Part shown: piece after piece, positions 20,336-29,525 of the stretch | Layout of the letters: every line of letters starts with the position of its first letter | How positions within the stretch are numbered: position 1 is the first letter of the stretch | Assembly (NCBI GenBank): GCA_964605525.1 | Contig: CAZSCV010000005.1 | Location: 39,256-103,255, forward strand | Direction of reading: 5' to 3' | Origin: an uncultured Bdellovibrionales bacterium | Lineage (GTDB): Bacteria; Patescibacteriota; Minisyncoccia; Moranbacterales; UBA9337 | DNA length: 64,000 bases | Position numbers and translations under genes: made by a program | Notes under the pieces: model-generated | Told to the model about the DNA's origin: nothing | Databases searched by the model: none | The model's input: only the letters and a program-made list of their open reading frames with translations

Positions 20336-20970
20336 TGGATACTCCTTTTCTTTTTTAATAGGATTATTCTTGTTGCGGATCCTTTTACAATCCGCGATGT
20401 TCCATCAATCATTACAACCGTAAACATTACGGACTTTCCGTAATATCCGGTTGCATCATATGGAGATACTGCGAAGAAGTATCTTCCGTCGGCGAGGCTC
20501 AAAGTCGAGAGGTCGAGCGACGTTGTCGCTCCGACATCAATTTCGTTGGTGGTGCCTCCTTTGACGGTGTCATAGAATACTGAGTATCCTGCGACGTCAC
20601 CAGCCCCCGCTGTCCAACTCAGGATTGTTCCCGTGGTGATGATGGGAGTGGAGGGACTTTTGAGACCGAAATTGATGTAATACGGGACAGCGTGAGCGTC
20701 AGTCGCTGCATCTCCCGTTCCGAATGTAAAAGTGTTAACACCTTCCGTGAGCGCAGAGGTTTTGAATTCCCCGCTACAAACTCCGGAAGTATCGGTGAAT
20801 GTGAAAGTATATATGAGTACTTGTTCATGATATACCCTTACGGTATCGTCGACTATATTACTGCAGTCGACAGATGTTCGAATCGTTGCTTCTTCGGCGA
20901 TTACTGTTCCAGTCCAAAAAAACAACAAGAAAAACCATAAAAATTGAAAAATCAAAAATCGTCTCTTCAT
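20332..20970 (-). CDS. Secreted protein with an FN3-like domain
   Basis: Signal peptide; LSWTAGAGDVAGYSVFY...IDVG...YFFAVSPYD; SD GGGAGGAG. Confidence 0.75.
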   Translation of the reverse strand: MKRRFLIFQFLWFFLLFFWTGTVIAEEATIRTSVDCSNIVDDTVRVYHEQVLIYTFTFTDTSGVCSGEFKTSALTEGVNTFTFGTGDAATDAHAVPYYINFGLKSPSTPIITTGTILSWTAGAGDVAGYSVFYDTVKGGTTNEIDVGATTSLDLSTLSLADGRYFFAVSPYDATGYYGKSVMFTVVMIDGTSRIVKGSATRIILLKKKRSIQ

Positions 20971-21047
20971 TTCTCCTCCCTCGCCTCCCTTATTTCAGGA
21001 GACTTTTTATTTTATTGTCAAAACAACTATTTCTTATCCTTATATCA
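20971..21047 (-). promoter_or_regulatory. Leader with extended -10, boxA-like motif and strong SD
   Basis: TGATATAAG (21047-21039); GTTGTTTTGACAATAA (21027-21012); AGGGAGGAG before the ATG. Confidence 0.55.
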
Positions 21048-21095
21048 CTATTTTGCCGTATTTTGGAAAAAAAGCAAGTTTTTTTGATGTTGAGA

Positions 21096-21222
21096 TTGAC
21101 AAATGAGGTTGAGATAGGGGATAATGGGAAATCATAGAAATATGGTTGTTGGTTGCAGTTGTTTGACAAATGAATAATGGAATAATGATTGATGAATATA
21201 AAATTATATAGGAGGAAGGAAG
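21096..21222 (+). promoter_or_regulatory. Promoter, boxA-like motif and strong SD
   Basis: TTGACA-18-GATAAT; GTTGTTTGACAAATG (21158-21172); GGAGGA (21211-21216). Confidence 0.6.
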
Positions 21223-22378
21223 ATGAAAGATATGAAGATAATCGGATTGGAAGATGTTTTGAAAAAGGCGAAAAAATATGCCGCTACGGATGTTCCGATT
21301 CTCATCACTGGAGAGCCGGGAGTGGGGAAGGAAGTTGTGGCGGAATTTATTCACAGGAATAGTTTGCGTGCGGAAAGAGTTTTCAATCCGCTTAACTGTG
21401 GGGCCGCTAATGGCCTCGTGGACAGCGAACTTTTCGGACACAGAAAGGGCTCTTTTACGGATGCTCGCTTTGATCGCCCGGGACGTTTGATGGCATCTGC
21501 TGGCGGGACGGTTTTTTTGGACGAGATTGGCGATATGCCGACTTCCGTTCAAGCAAAAATCTTGCGGTTTTTGAACGGCAGAGGCGAGATTCAGCAAATC
21601 GGGGCGGACCGTCCCGTATATGTTGAAACGCGCATAATTTGCGCAACAAATCAGTTGCTCCGAAAAATGGTTTCAGAAAAAACGTTTCGGAGAGATTTGT
21701 ATAGTCGGATTTCCGGGTTTGAAATTCACATTCCGTCGCTTCGCGAGCGCAGGGATGAGATTCCAACTTTTCGTGGAACATTTTTTTGAGTATTTCACTG
21801 AGAAATATCAAAAAAAATGGTGTCGCGATTTCATTATCCCTCGTCTTACAGAGCTGGCGATGGAAATGTCATGGCCGGGGAATGTCAGGGAATTGATGGG
21901 TTGGATCGAGAAGTTTGTTGTTCTTGAAGATCTTGAGACAGCCTGTTGTTCTAGTAAAAAAGAAATAAAGATCATCAGGAGTGTTCCTGATGATGCAATG
22001 GGAAAATGCATTATAATTCCGGAGAAAGAGTTTCCCCTTTTTCCCGAGGAGGTTGGTTTTGAAAAAATTCCGGTTGAAGGTGGTTTTGTGGATGGGGAAT
22101 GCTTTGCACCTAATTGTGCAAGCGGGGATTTTCAGCCGTTGTCATTGAGTTTTAATCCGTTTGTTCTCGATAATTTCCGTTTTTTGGAAATGGATGAACC
22201 TCAAAAAAAAGAAGCTTTGAAAAAAGCTCTTGAAAAAAATAATGGGGTTGTAACGGCGGCTGGAAGGGATTTGGGCTTGCCCGAATCTTCGGCTAGCTAT
22301 TTCGTAAAAAAATTGGGGCTTATTGAGTATGCAAGGGAACTCAAAAAAGCCGCAAAAAAATCGGAAAAATCCGCTTGA
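21223..22378 (+). pseudogene. Sigma54-dependent enhancer-binding protein (AAA+ plus Fis-type HTH, no sensor domain), split by a +1 frameshift near 21766
   Basis: GEPGVGKE, ELFGHRKGSFTDA (GAFTGA variant), FLDEIG, FRRDLYSR, PSLRERRDEIP | LFVEHF, WPGNVREL, ALEKNNGVVTAAGRDLGL. Confidence 0.85.
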
Positions 22379-22381
22379 TTT

Positions 22382-22420
22382 AAAACAGGATCGGCACAAA
22401 TGCGCCGACCCTGTTTTTTT
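22382..22420 (+). terminator. Intrinsic terminator
   Basis: AAAACAGGATCGGC...GCCGACCCTGTTTTTTT directly after the stop codon. Confidence 0.8.
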
Positions 22421-22429
22421 GTCTTTTAA

Positions 22430-22476
22430 ATTTAATGTACCAGTTTCCAGAGCATTTTCCAGACGGTTTTGATGCC
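22430..22476. repeat. 47-bp direct repeat, copy of the GT2 gene 3' end
   Basis: 46/47 identical to 23803-23849. Confidence 0.95.
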
Positions 22477-22491
22477 ACTTGTAAGGGCAAA

Positions 22492-22551
22492 TTGACAATA
22501 TTTCAAGTTATGATAAACTGAAAGTAAGAAAAAATAACACTTTTAGTCTAT
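22492..22551 (+). promoter_or_regulatory. AbiE promoter with inverted-repeat operator
   Basis: TTGACA-16-TAAACT with TG; IR ATAAACTGAAAGT(22513-22525)/ACTTTTAGTCTAT(22539-22551). Confidence 0.6.
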
Positions 22552-22553
22552 AT

Positions 22554-23126
22554 ATGGATAATTTTCTGACAATTATATATGGTTCAAAACAAACGGTTTT
22601 TACCAGCAAAGAAATCGCTATTTTAATCGGGGAAAAAAATGCCGATAAACTCAAGTCAAAGTTGTCCTATTATGTGAAAACCGGAAAATTGATCCGGCTT
22701 CGTCGTGGAATTTTCTCAAAAAAAGATGATTATGACAAAAATGAACTGGCTGTCAGAATTTTTACTCCGGCATATGTGAGTTTTGAAACGGTTTTAGCAA
22801 AAGAAGGCGTGATATTTCAATATTATGAAACAATTTTTGCAGCCAGCTACCTTTCGCGGAATCTGAAATTCAGGGAAAATAAATTTACGTTTCGAAAACT
22901 CAAAAGTGAGATATTGATTAATCAGCAAGGATTAATAAATCGAGGGACGTATTTTGAGGCATCAAAAGAGCGAGCTTTTTTGGATATGTTGTATTTGTTT
23001 GGAAGCTGTCATTTTGATAATCTTCGAAATATCAATTGGAATACTTGTTTTGATATTGTCGGTATATATAAAAACAAAATGCTGGAAAAAAGACTTAAAA
23101 ATTATTTTGAAAAATATGCTAAATAA
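22554..23126 (+). CDS. AbiEi-family antitoxin
   Basis: LIRLRRGIF, PAYVSFETVL, ASKERAFLDMLY. Confidence 0.85.
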   Translation: MDNFLTIIYGSKQTVFTSKEIAILIGEKNADKLKSKLSYYVKTGKLIRLRRGIFSKKDDYDKNELAVRIFTPAYVSFETVLAKEGVIFQYYETIFAASYLSRNLKFRENKFTFRKLKSEILINQQGLINRGTYFEASKERAFLDMLYLFGSCHFDNLRNINWNTCFDIVGIYKNKMLEKRLKNYFEKYAK

Positions 23127-23808
23127 AGAAAAACACAGACTGGTTATGGCGCAAATATTAAAAGATATTTATTCTGATATCTCTATTGCATCTCTGTTGG
23201 GTTTTAAGGGTGGTACGGCAGCATATTCATTTTATGAATTGCCGAGATTTTCTGTTGATTTGGATTTTGATTTATTGGATGACTCTGAATCAAACAGGAA
23301 TTTGATATTCGAAAAAATAAAAAATATTATTTCAAAATACGGTGAAATCAAGGACAAACAACAAAAATTTGCGACTATATTTTTTGCTCTTTCATATGAA
23401 TCAGGTGAGCATCAAATAAAGGTTGAAATAAATATGAGAAAAACCGGTGCCAGTTATGAAATGAAAAATTATTTCGGCATACCGGTTTTGGCAAGTACCA
23501 AAGAGTCTATGTTTTCGGCAAAACTAGTGGCACTTTTGAATCGCAAGGAATTTGCGGCGCGGGATCTTTTTGATGTGTATTATTTTCTCAAAAACAATTG
23601 GGGGACTGATAATAATGTTTTTGAATCATATAATATTTCGTCTGAAAAAGAATATATCAAAAAGTGCGTTTCTTTTGTTGAAAACGTTCCGGAGAATACT
23701 TTATTGAAAAATCTCGGAGAGCTTATTGATGAAAAGCAAAAAGAATTTGTCAAAACAAAAATAAAAGACGAGGTAATTTTTATGTTAAAGGCTCGTTGGA
23801 ATATTTAA
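23116..23808 (+). CDS. AbiEii/AbiGii nucleotidyltransferase toxin (likely start 23116)
   Basis: FKGGTA, RFSVDLDFD, ARDLFD. Confidence 0.9.
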   Translation: MLNKEKHRLVMAQILKDIYSDISIASLLGFKGGTAAYSFYELPRFSVDLDFDLLDDSESNRNLIFEKIKNIISKYGEIKDKQQKFATIFFALSYESGEHQIKVEINMRKTGASYEMKNYFGIPVLASTKESMFSAKLVALLNRKEFAARDLFDVYYFLKNNWGTDNNVFESYNISSEKEYIKKCVSFVENVPENTLLKNLGELIDEKQKEFVKTKIKDEVIFMLKARWNI

Positions 23809-23849
23809 TGCACCAGTTTCCAGAGCATTTTCCAGACGGTTTTGATGCC
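23803..23849. repeat. 47-bp direct repeat (functional GT2 3' end)
   Basis: Matches 22430-22476. Confidence 0.95.
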
Positions 23850-24494
23850 GTTGGCAAGCGATTGCTTTTGAGCTTTTCCCATTGAGTATTCTGTATAGCG
23901 GACTTGAATGGGGATTTCTTTGTATTTAAGTTTGTATTTGTATATTTCCCGGATTACTTCGCTGTCATATTCATATCGGTCGCCAAGAGTGTTGATGACT
24001 TCGGCGGCGCGACGGGAATAGGCGCGCAATCCCGATTGACTGTCGGTAACCCAAAGACCATAGAGATACCAGGTGATGGCGTTGCCGATTTTGTTGTGGA
24101 TGATTTTGTACCAAGGCATTCCTTCAGGATTCATCAGACGCGAACCCAAAACCACGTCGCAATTTCCTGAGGCGATAGGGGAGATGAGGCGCGCAATGTC
24201 TTTGGGGTCATGCTGTCCGTCGGCATCCATTGTGATGATAATATCAGCGCCCAAAAGTTTGGCGGCTTCAATACCGGTTTTGGCGGCCGCTCCTTTTCCG
24301 CGGTTGATTTTGTGCCGGAGCGCCGTGGCGCCGGGAATTTCCTTGGATTTGGAAAAAGTGCCGTCCGCGCTTCCGTCGTCGACGATAATGATTTTTTCAT
24401 ATCCGGCATCGCGGATTTCTTTGGCAACATCAGCAATAACCTTTTCTTCGTTGTAAGCGGGAATAACGATATAAATTTTTTCGTTGTTTTTCAT
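23805..24494 (-). CDS. GT2 glycosyltransferase, DPM1-like polyprenol-phosphate glycosyltransferase
   Basis: VIPAYNEE, VDDGS, NRGKGAA, MDADGQHDP, DSQSGLR. Confidence 0.92.
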   Translation of the reverse strand: MKNNEKIYIVIPAYNEEKVIADVAKEIRDAGYEKIIIVDDGSADGTFSKSKEIPGATALRHKINRGKGAAAKTGIEAAKLLGADIIITMDADGQHDPKDIARLISPIASGNCDVVLGSRLMNPEGMPWYKIIHNKIGNAITWYLYGLWVTDSQSGLRAYSRRAAEVINTLGDRYEYDSEVIREIYKYKLKYKEIPIQVRYTEYSMGKAQKQSLANGIKTVWKMLWKLVH

Positions 24495-24524
24495 ATTTGT
24501 TATTATATGTCATTTTTGAAAAAT

Positions 24525-24562
24525 AAAAAACCCCGCCAAGCGCTCGTGGCGCATGGCGGGGG
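24525..24562 (-). terminator. Intrinsic terminator
   Basis: CCCCGCCA...TGGCGGGG stem; A6 on the plus strand is the U-tract on the minus strand. Confidence 0.8.
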
Positions 24563-24568
24563 CAAAGG

Positions 24569-25042
24569 TTATTCTAAATAGACTACTTCTATCTCATTTG
24601 AATGATCACTTATGTATACCAAGCGGTGTTCAAATGGATAATACGCTATTACTTTGTTAGTGAAGTAGTATTTTTTGATTCCCGGAACTGTTTGGATTTT
24701 TATTTTTATCCATGGAGACCTCACACCGGAAACCTCCCTCTTGGAAACTATAAAAATCCGATCATAATTTCCGCTTTGGGTGCCGTAGGATATTATATAT
24801 CCCAGTATCGTTTCTCCGTATCCCTCTTCGGCATACGAGAAATTTTCAATAGACGTATCTATTAATATGTTATCAATAAATCGTTCTTTTCTTTTATTAT
24901 CATCCGGTGTATCCCATGCGAAAGTTAGCGAAACTTCTTTTTCTAAATTTCTTTCGACAACAAGATGTGACTGCGACGTGCAAGCTGCCAGTGGCAACAA
25001 TATCGACAACAAAAATAAAACAGATAAGAGATGTTTCTTCAT
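24569..25042 (-). CDS. Putative lipoprotein with an FN3-like domain
   Basis: Lipobox LAAC; LTFAWD...GYIISYGTQSGNY...YYF. Confidence 0.7.
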   Translation of the reverse strand: MKKHLLSVLFLLSILLPLAACTSQSHLVVERNLEKEVSLTFAWDTPDDNKRKERFIDNILIDTSIENFSYAEEGYGETILGYIISYGTQSGNYDRIFIVSKREVSGVRSPWIKIKIQTVPGIKKYYFTNKVIAYYPFEHRLVYISDHSNEIEVVYLE

Positions 25043-25054
25043 TATAATACCTCA

Positions 25055-25996
25055 TTATTTTTCAGTTTTGGGTTTGAAATACGGATTTGGAAATCCGTAT
25101 TTAATTTCCGTTGACGGACCTGAGATCTCACCGCTTGAGAGGTAGAGAATGCAGGCGATATAAAAAACGATATCGCGCTGGTTTTTCCATTGGTGTACTG
25201 TTGTAGTTATGACAAGTGACTTTGCGGGATTTTCCGGTGTGGCAGTCAGACCCACATCGATTACGTGGTCATACTTCCGGCTCTCGGTGCCGTACAAGAT
25301 TTTGTAGCCGGCAAGCTTCTCCTCTTCCAGATTTTTATCCCACACCAATTTTATTTCTGGGGTCCGGATTATGACATTTCCCTTCTTGTCTTTTTCCAAT
25401 GACACGAATTTCGCGTCCTTTTCCTTTTCGGTTTTATTTTTATACCGGATAAAGAAATATGGACGTCGGATATCCGAGTCGTCGCCATCGGAAATTCCGT
25501 CATTGTCGGAATCAGGGTCGATGATGTTTGGAATGTTGTCTTCATCGAAGTCGATTTTGTTTTCGACTCGATCAATTCCCCAAGTTGCCAATTCTTCGCC
25601 GTCAGGAATCCCATCTTCATCGGAATCCGCTTTTTTTGGATCGGTTCCGATTTTTTGTTCGAAATCATCCGCCAACCCGTCCTTGTCGGAGTCGATTTGA
25701 TTTTCTCCGATTTGAAAAAGGATGATCTCCTCGGACGGAGGCATTTCCCTCCTGTCTTTGACAAATGAAACAGAAATGAAATTCGGCGCATCCAAATAGA
25801 GCGGAAGAGTGGAAACACTGACCTCGGTTAAATTTTCAACCGTGATTTTTTCCGAATAATCACGGGAATGCTTCCCGATTCGGATGATGTACTCCTTTAC
25901 GGTTATATCCGGCAATTTCGGCCAGATAATTTCGTATCCTAATGCAACGTCGGAACACGAAAAAACAAAGCAAAAAATCAGGAATACTTTTTTCAT
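25055..25996 (-). CDS. Secreted protein with FN3-like domains and TSP3-like Ca-binding repeats
   Basis: Signal peptide; DSDKDGLAD/DSDEDGIPD/DSDNDGISD; LVWDKN...LAGYKILYGTESRKYDHVIDVG. Confidence 0.75.
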   Translation of the reverse strand: MKKVFLIFCFVFSCSDVALGYEIIWPKLPDITVKEYIIRIGKHSRDYSEKITVENLTEVSVSTLPLYLDAPNFISVSFVKDRREMPPSEEIILFQIGENQIDSDKDGLADDFEQKIGTDPKKADSDEDGIPDGEELATWGIDRVENKIDFDEDNIPNIIDPDSDNDGISDGDDSDIRRPYFFIRYKNKTEKEKDAKFVSLEKDKKGNVIIRTPEIKLVWDKNLEEEKLAGYKILYGTESRKYDHVIDVGLTATPENPAKSLVITTTVHQWKNQRDIVFYIACILYLSSGEISGPSTEIKYGFPNPYFKPKTEK

Positions 25997-26085
25997 GGCA
26001 AAACCTCTCGGGTTTAATATGTTGAATTGTTAAGAAGCTGTTTTTTGTTTTCATAAAAGTCTAGCATATTTTCGCATAAAAGCAA
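25997..26085 (-). promoter_or_regulatory. Promoter, boxA-like motif and SD
   Basis: TTGCTT-16-(TG)TAGACT; GCTTCTTAACAATTC (26038-26024); GAGAGG. Confidence 0.6.
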
Positions 26086-26090
26086 TACTG

Positions 26091-26123
26091 CTACAAAATC
26101 TCGCGATCGTGAGTGTTTTGTAG
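26091..26123. repeat. Imperfect palindrome centred on CGATCG, copy A
   Basis: 26091-26113 is the exact reverse complement of 30868-30890. Confidence 0.9.
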
Positions 26124-26141
26124 TGTGGGAATGTGGGAAAT

Positions 26142-26180
26142 AAAAAAGGACTCATGCAAGGCAATGCTTGCATGAGTCCT
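26142..26180 (-). terminator. Intrinsic terminator
   Basis: 14-bp stem AGGACTCATGCAAG/CTTGCATGAGTCCT plus A-tract. Confidence 0.85.
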
Positions 26181-26203
26181 GTTGTGTCGGGTTTCCGACG
26201 TTA

Positions 26204-28144
26204 CTATTTCAAACAAGATAACAGTGAATGATCGGAAGAGTGATCGAATTCAAATTCGCTTACTCCTGCCATTCTGACAGTGCGATTTGTTCCAACCCCG
26301 TGGACTACTGAGATGATGGGATTGTCATATCCCTTCTCTTGCCACGAAAATTGGTGGAGCTTGTCCGTTTCGAATACATCACCATTTTTAGTTTTTGTAT
26401 CCAGAGACTCGGTTTCCCCTGTTGCCTCGACAAATACGAACGGTACTCCGTCGATGAGCATATGGTTTGAAAATGGATCTGTGATCACCCTTTCCGCCGG
26501 AATATTTTCCGCCTGCACTAACGTGACGGCATGACCTCGTCCGAAAAAGTTGAGGGTTCCGATGGCAACTGTGCTGGTGTCGCCGAGGACGGTGTTCTCG
26601 GCGGAAAAATAAAGCGTTGCCATGGCAATGGCATGTCCCTCGCAGTCTTCACCGCGATTGAGCATTGCCATTGGAAGTGTCATTGGAATTTCCTCGGGAC
26701 TGTTATTTCCGGACTTACTTCCATCAAACTTCTTGTCGGAAATATAGTCCAGATCTCGGGCCGAAAAATCGGAAATTTTTTGAAGTGCCTCTGGTTTAGT
26801 TGAGGCATCTCCGATGATTTCCTTGGCAAGTCTTTCAGTGGAGGGCGTTTTGACGATGTATGCCGCAAGATAGCTGTCGCCAAAATTACTATTTCCGTTG
26901 CCGGGATAGAGCGGTAAGACTTTCGCCCGGCGGTTTTCCTCGACTTGCTGTTGCGCAACAAGAATGTCGCGATATGTTATTGACTTGTCGCGTTTGGCGC
27001 CGAGTACAATTGGATCATCTTGACCCATTTTCGCCAAATAGGAAAACGGGATGATGATTGATTGTGTCGGGTCGAGTGACCCAAAAAAGAGCAGTTCATT
27101 GCGGGAATTCCGCAATGGAACTGCCACTTCGTCGTACCCGTCAACTTCGTGACCGTTTTTGTCGGTTTTTTTCCAGGCGACAACGGTCATATCGACAGGA
27201 AGGTCTGCTGAATACACAGGACGTGCATTTAGACCGCTTCCTGTAATCTCGATTTTTTTCGGATCAAGATATGCTCCATAAGCGGCAGCATATTGATTCG
27301 AAATCAGTCGCGTTGTTCGCTCCTGATCCCACTCGCCAGTCTCCCAATCGCAAAGATTAGTGAGGATATAGTAGGCAACTAGGAGAGATTCTTCCGGTTC
27401 TAGATTGGGCGTTCCTAATTCAACACTGGTTTTGTCCCGGCGCCCCTTGCCATTGGGGTGCAAAAATATATAGATGTCGCCCGAAAGGTCGATCCAGCGT
27501 GTTTCGCCGTCGGCGAATTGCCGATTGAAACCAGTAAGACCTTGCATTCCATCTGTTTCGAAAAACGGATTGGACATATAATAATCCGAGCCTTGAACAA
27601 GCGCGCCATTACTGCCGGAGAAATCTCCATATGGTACTGAAGAGAATGCCATCGAAAAATTTTCCCTTGCTACGATTTCCGTGTTCATTTTTCCCTCTCT
27701 TGCGATTCGAGAGGGGAGAACCCAGTCCATCGCTGTGGTTCGCGAAAGGTATTTCCTTGCCGCGTTGTACGCGGCAAAACTTACAGGATCATTCAGCTCC
27801 CGATTTTTTCCGTCGCCTTCGACAATAGAAATCGTGTCGCCGAGAGCGAACCTTCCATTGACGAAGTCAAGCCATGAAATCGTGATGGACTGGATGTGAA
27901 GATCTTTTTCGATGCTGGAATATGGGATGTGATACACCCCTCGATAGGGGTGATGGATTTTTGCTGCATTGGATACGGCATATTCGACCGCGAACCCTCC
28001 GCCGACAAAAAACGCAATTGTGAAAAATATCCCCAGCCATTTGAAAACAGATTTTGCAATTTGTTTTCTGGGTTGGAAATTACCGCTTGTTGTTCCGGAA
28101 ACATGCTTTGCTTCCGGCCAATTCAGTTTTTCCAGATAACTCAT
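26204..28144 (-). CDS. Membrane-anchored protein with a C-terminal transglutaminase-like Cys-His-Glu domain
   Basis: N-terminal TM helix; RGEDCEGHA...GHAV...FVEATG; SD AAGGAGGAGG. Confidence 0.7.
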   Translation of the reverse strand: MSYLEKLNWPEAKHVSGTTSGNFQPRKQIAKSVFKWLGIFFTIAFFVGGGFAVEYAVSNAAKIHHPYRGVYHIPYSSIEKDLHIQSITISWLDFVNGRFALGDTISIVEGDGKNRELNDPVSFAAYNAARKYLSRTTAMDWVLPSRIAREGKMNTEIVARENFSMAFSSVPYGDFSGSNGALVQGSDYYMSNPFFETDGMQGLTGFNRQFADGETRWIDLSGDIYIFLHPNGKGRRDKTSVELGTPNLEPEESLLVAYYILTNLCDWETGEWDQERTTRLISNQYAAAYGAYLDPKKIEITGSGLNARPVYSADLPVDMTVVAWKKTDKNGHEVDGYDEVAVPLRNSRNELLFFGSLDPTQSIIIPFSYLAKMGQDDPIVLGAKRDKSITYRDILVAQQQVEENRRAKVLPLYPGNGNSNFGDSYLAAYIVKTPSTERLAKEIIGDASTKPEALQKISDFSARDLDYISDKKFDGSKSGNNSPEEIPMTLPMAMLNRGEDCEGHAIAMATLYFSAENTVLGDTSTVAIGTLNFFGRGHAVTLVQAENIPAERVITDPFSNHMLIDGVPFVFVEATGETESLDTKTKNGDVFETDKLHQFSWQEKGYDNPIISVVHGVGTNRTVRMAGVSEFEFDHSSDHSLLSCLK

Positions 28145-28164
28145 TTTTTCCTCCTCCTTTTTTG

Positions 28165-28533
28165 TCAGGAAATTCCGCCGGATAATTCTCTGATTCTCCA
28201 GAAAACTCCCGGCATAGAAACTGCGTTCGTATATTCCTCAAGAAAATAGCTATATACCTTTCTTTCGGAGTTGAAGCGAACCTCAACGGTTCGGTGTTTT
28301 TTCTTTGCAAGTATTACGATACTTTTCAGTTCATAAGAACTCATATCACGATCATTGCATCTTGCGATGCAATCTTCTCCGATGCGGTACATATAGACAT
28401 CTACGTACGGAATCGGATCACTGCTTTCAAATTCTGTTGCATTATTTCCACCCTCTGATCGAACGGTGAATATCAGGAATACGCAAAATATCATCAGAAA
28501 ATCCACAAAACGGCGCAATAATGCTTCTCTCAT
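28165..28533 (-). CDS. ExbD/TolR/MotB-like single-TM protein
   Basis: TM helix with a conserved-type Asp (FVDFLMIFCVFLIF); overlaps the MotA/ExbB-like gene; SD AAGGAG. Confidence 0.55.
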   Translation of the reverse strand: MREALLRRFVDFLMIFCVFLIFTVRSEGGNNATEFESSDPIPYVDVYMYRIGEDCIARCNDRDMSSYELKSIVILAKKKHRTVEVRFNSERKVYSYFLEEYTNAVSMPGVFWRIRELSGGIS

Positions 28534-29228
28534 AATGTTTTCTCCTTATTGAGTCGCAGAATCACGATAAAAGTTTTGAGCAGGATTTTTCTTTCCTCCT
28601 CCACTACGGTATTAAGGGTTAAAATTACCAATCCTCCGTACAATGCTAGAATAGTAGTATCCATTGCCAGATCGGCTCCAGCGAGCATTGAAGCAACCGA
28701 CGAACTTTTCTCATGGCATGCCAACTTGAACCCGACGAGCGTGCCAATTAAACCCAGTGCGGCAAGAATATAATCCAAATATTTCACCGCATTTGTGGAG
28801 CGAAGAAAAACTTCCTCGAAATAATTATCCAACCCATTCTTCACTTCATCCGACCAATTTCTTTGGTTGGCCAGAGAAAGCTTTTGAAAATGCTGAACAA
28901 GAATTGAATCGAAAAATTTCTTAGATAATGGAAGTTCTCCGCGTTGCAGGCTGGTGTCATTTGTGTATGCAATCATCCTCTCAATCAATATCGCTTCACT
29001 TTTTGTTGAAAAAAGTGTTGCGATTGATGAAATTATTCCAATCGCTATGATTGCCGAAATGGCAATCATTAGCGGATTGGAAAAATCCATTTTTTGAACA
29101 ATCGGCATTTTTGCCAGAAAAAACGTCAACAAAAATACCGCCATCATCGTTTGTAAATATTTCCAGATAAAAACGGTTGAATCTTTGATGGTTCTTGTTG
29201 TTTTTGTGATTTCCAAAGTTTTTTCCAT
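28530..29228 (-). CDS. MotA/TolQ/ExbB proton-channel family protein
   Basis: LGLIGTLVG...AMDTTILAL helix-pair signature; SD GGAGGAGG. Confidence 0.8.
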   Translation of the reverse strand: MEKTLEITKTTRTIKDSTVFIWKYLQTMMAVFLLTFFLAKMPIVQKMDFSNPLMIAISAIIAIGIISSIATLFSTKSEAILIERMIAYTNDTSLQRGELPLSKKFFDSILVQHFQKLSLANQRNWSDEVKNGLDNYFEEVFLRSTNAVKYLDYILAALGLIGTLVGFKLACHEKSSSVASMLAGADLAMDTTILALYGGLVILTLNTVVEEERKILLKTFIVILRLNKEKTL

Positions 29229-29375
29229 TTGCCTCTTCCTCCTCCATAGATTTGCGGGGATATCCCGCTAGTTCGATATTCAATTGTCAAATTACTACAA
29301 AACTTCGAAAATTCCGATTATTCGGACTTTTCTTGTATTTGCTTTAATTATCCATTTCTTGTGTTTTAAAGTCAA
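29229..29375 (-). promoter_or_regulatory. Promoter, leader hairpin, boxA-like motif and strong SD
   Basis: TTGACT-17-GATAAT; hairpin at about 29296-29338; GTAATTTGACAATTG (29295-29281); GGAGGAGG. Confidence 0.6.
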
Positions 29376-29392
29376 GCTTTTTTACGTTTTTA

Positions 29393-29525
29393 TTGACAAA
29401 ACCTTGGAAGTTTCTTATTCTTGCAGAAAGTTGTTTGAAAAAATGGTTATGCTAAAATAAAAGCATAAAAAATAAAAAATCCCAAATTCGGGAAAAACTT
29501 CCCGAGATAGGGAGAGGAGAAAAGA
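29393..29525 (+). promoter_or_regulatory. Promoter, boxA-like motif and strong SD
   Basis: TTGACA-17-TATTCT; GTTGTTTGAAAAAAT (29430-29444); GGAGAGGAG (29511-29519). Confidence 0.65.

Noticed and set aside
26091-26123. Integron attC site
   Set aside because: No RYYYAAC...GTTRRRY cores and no integron integrase in the window.
28165-29228. Zorya ZorAB defence system
   Set aside because: No long ZorA tail, no OmpA-like domain recognised in the partner, and no zorC/D/E; kept as a generic ExbBD/MotAB-like pair.
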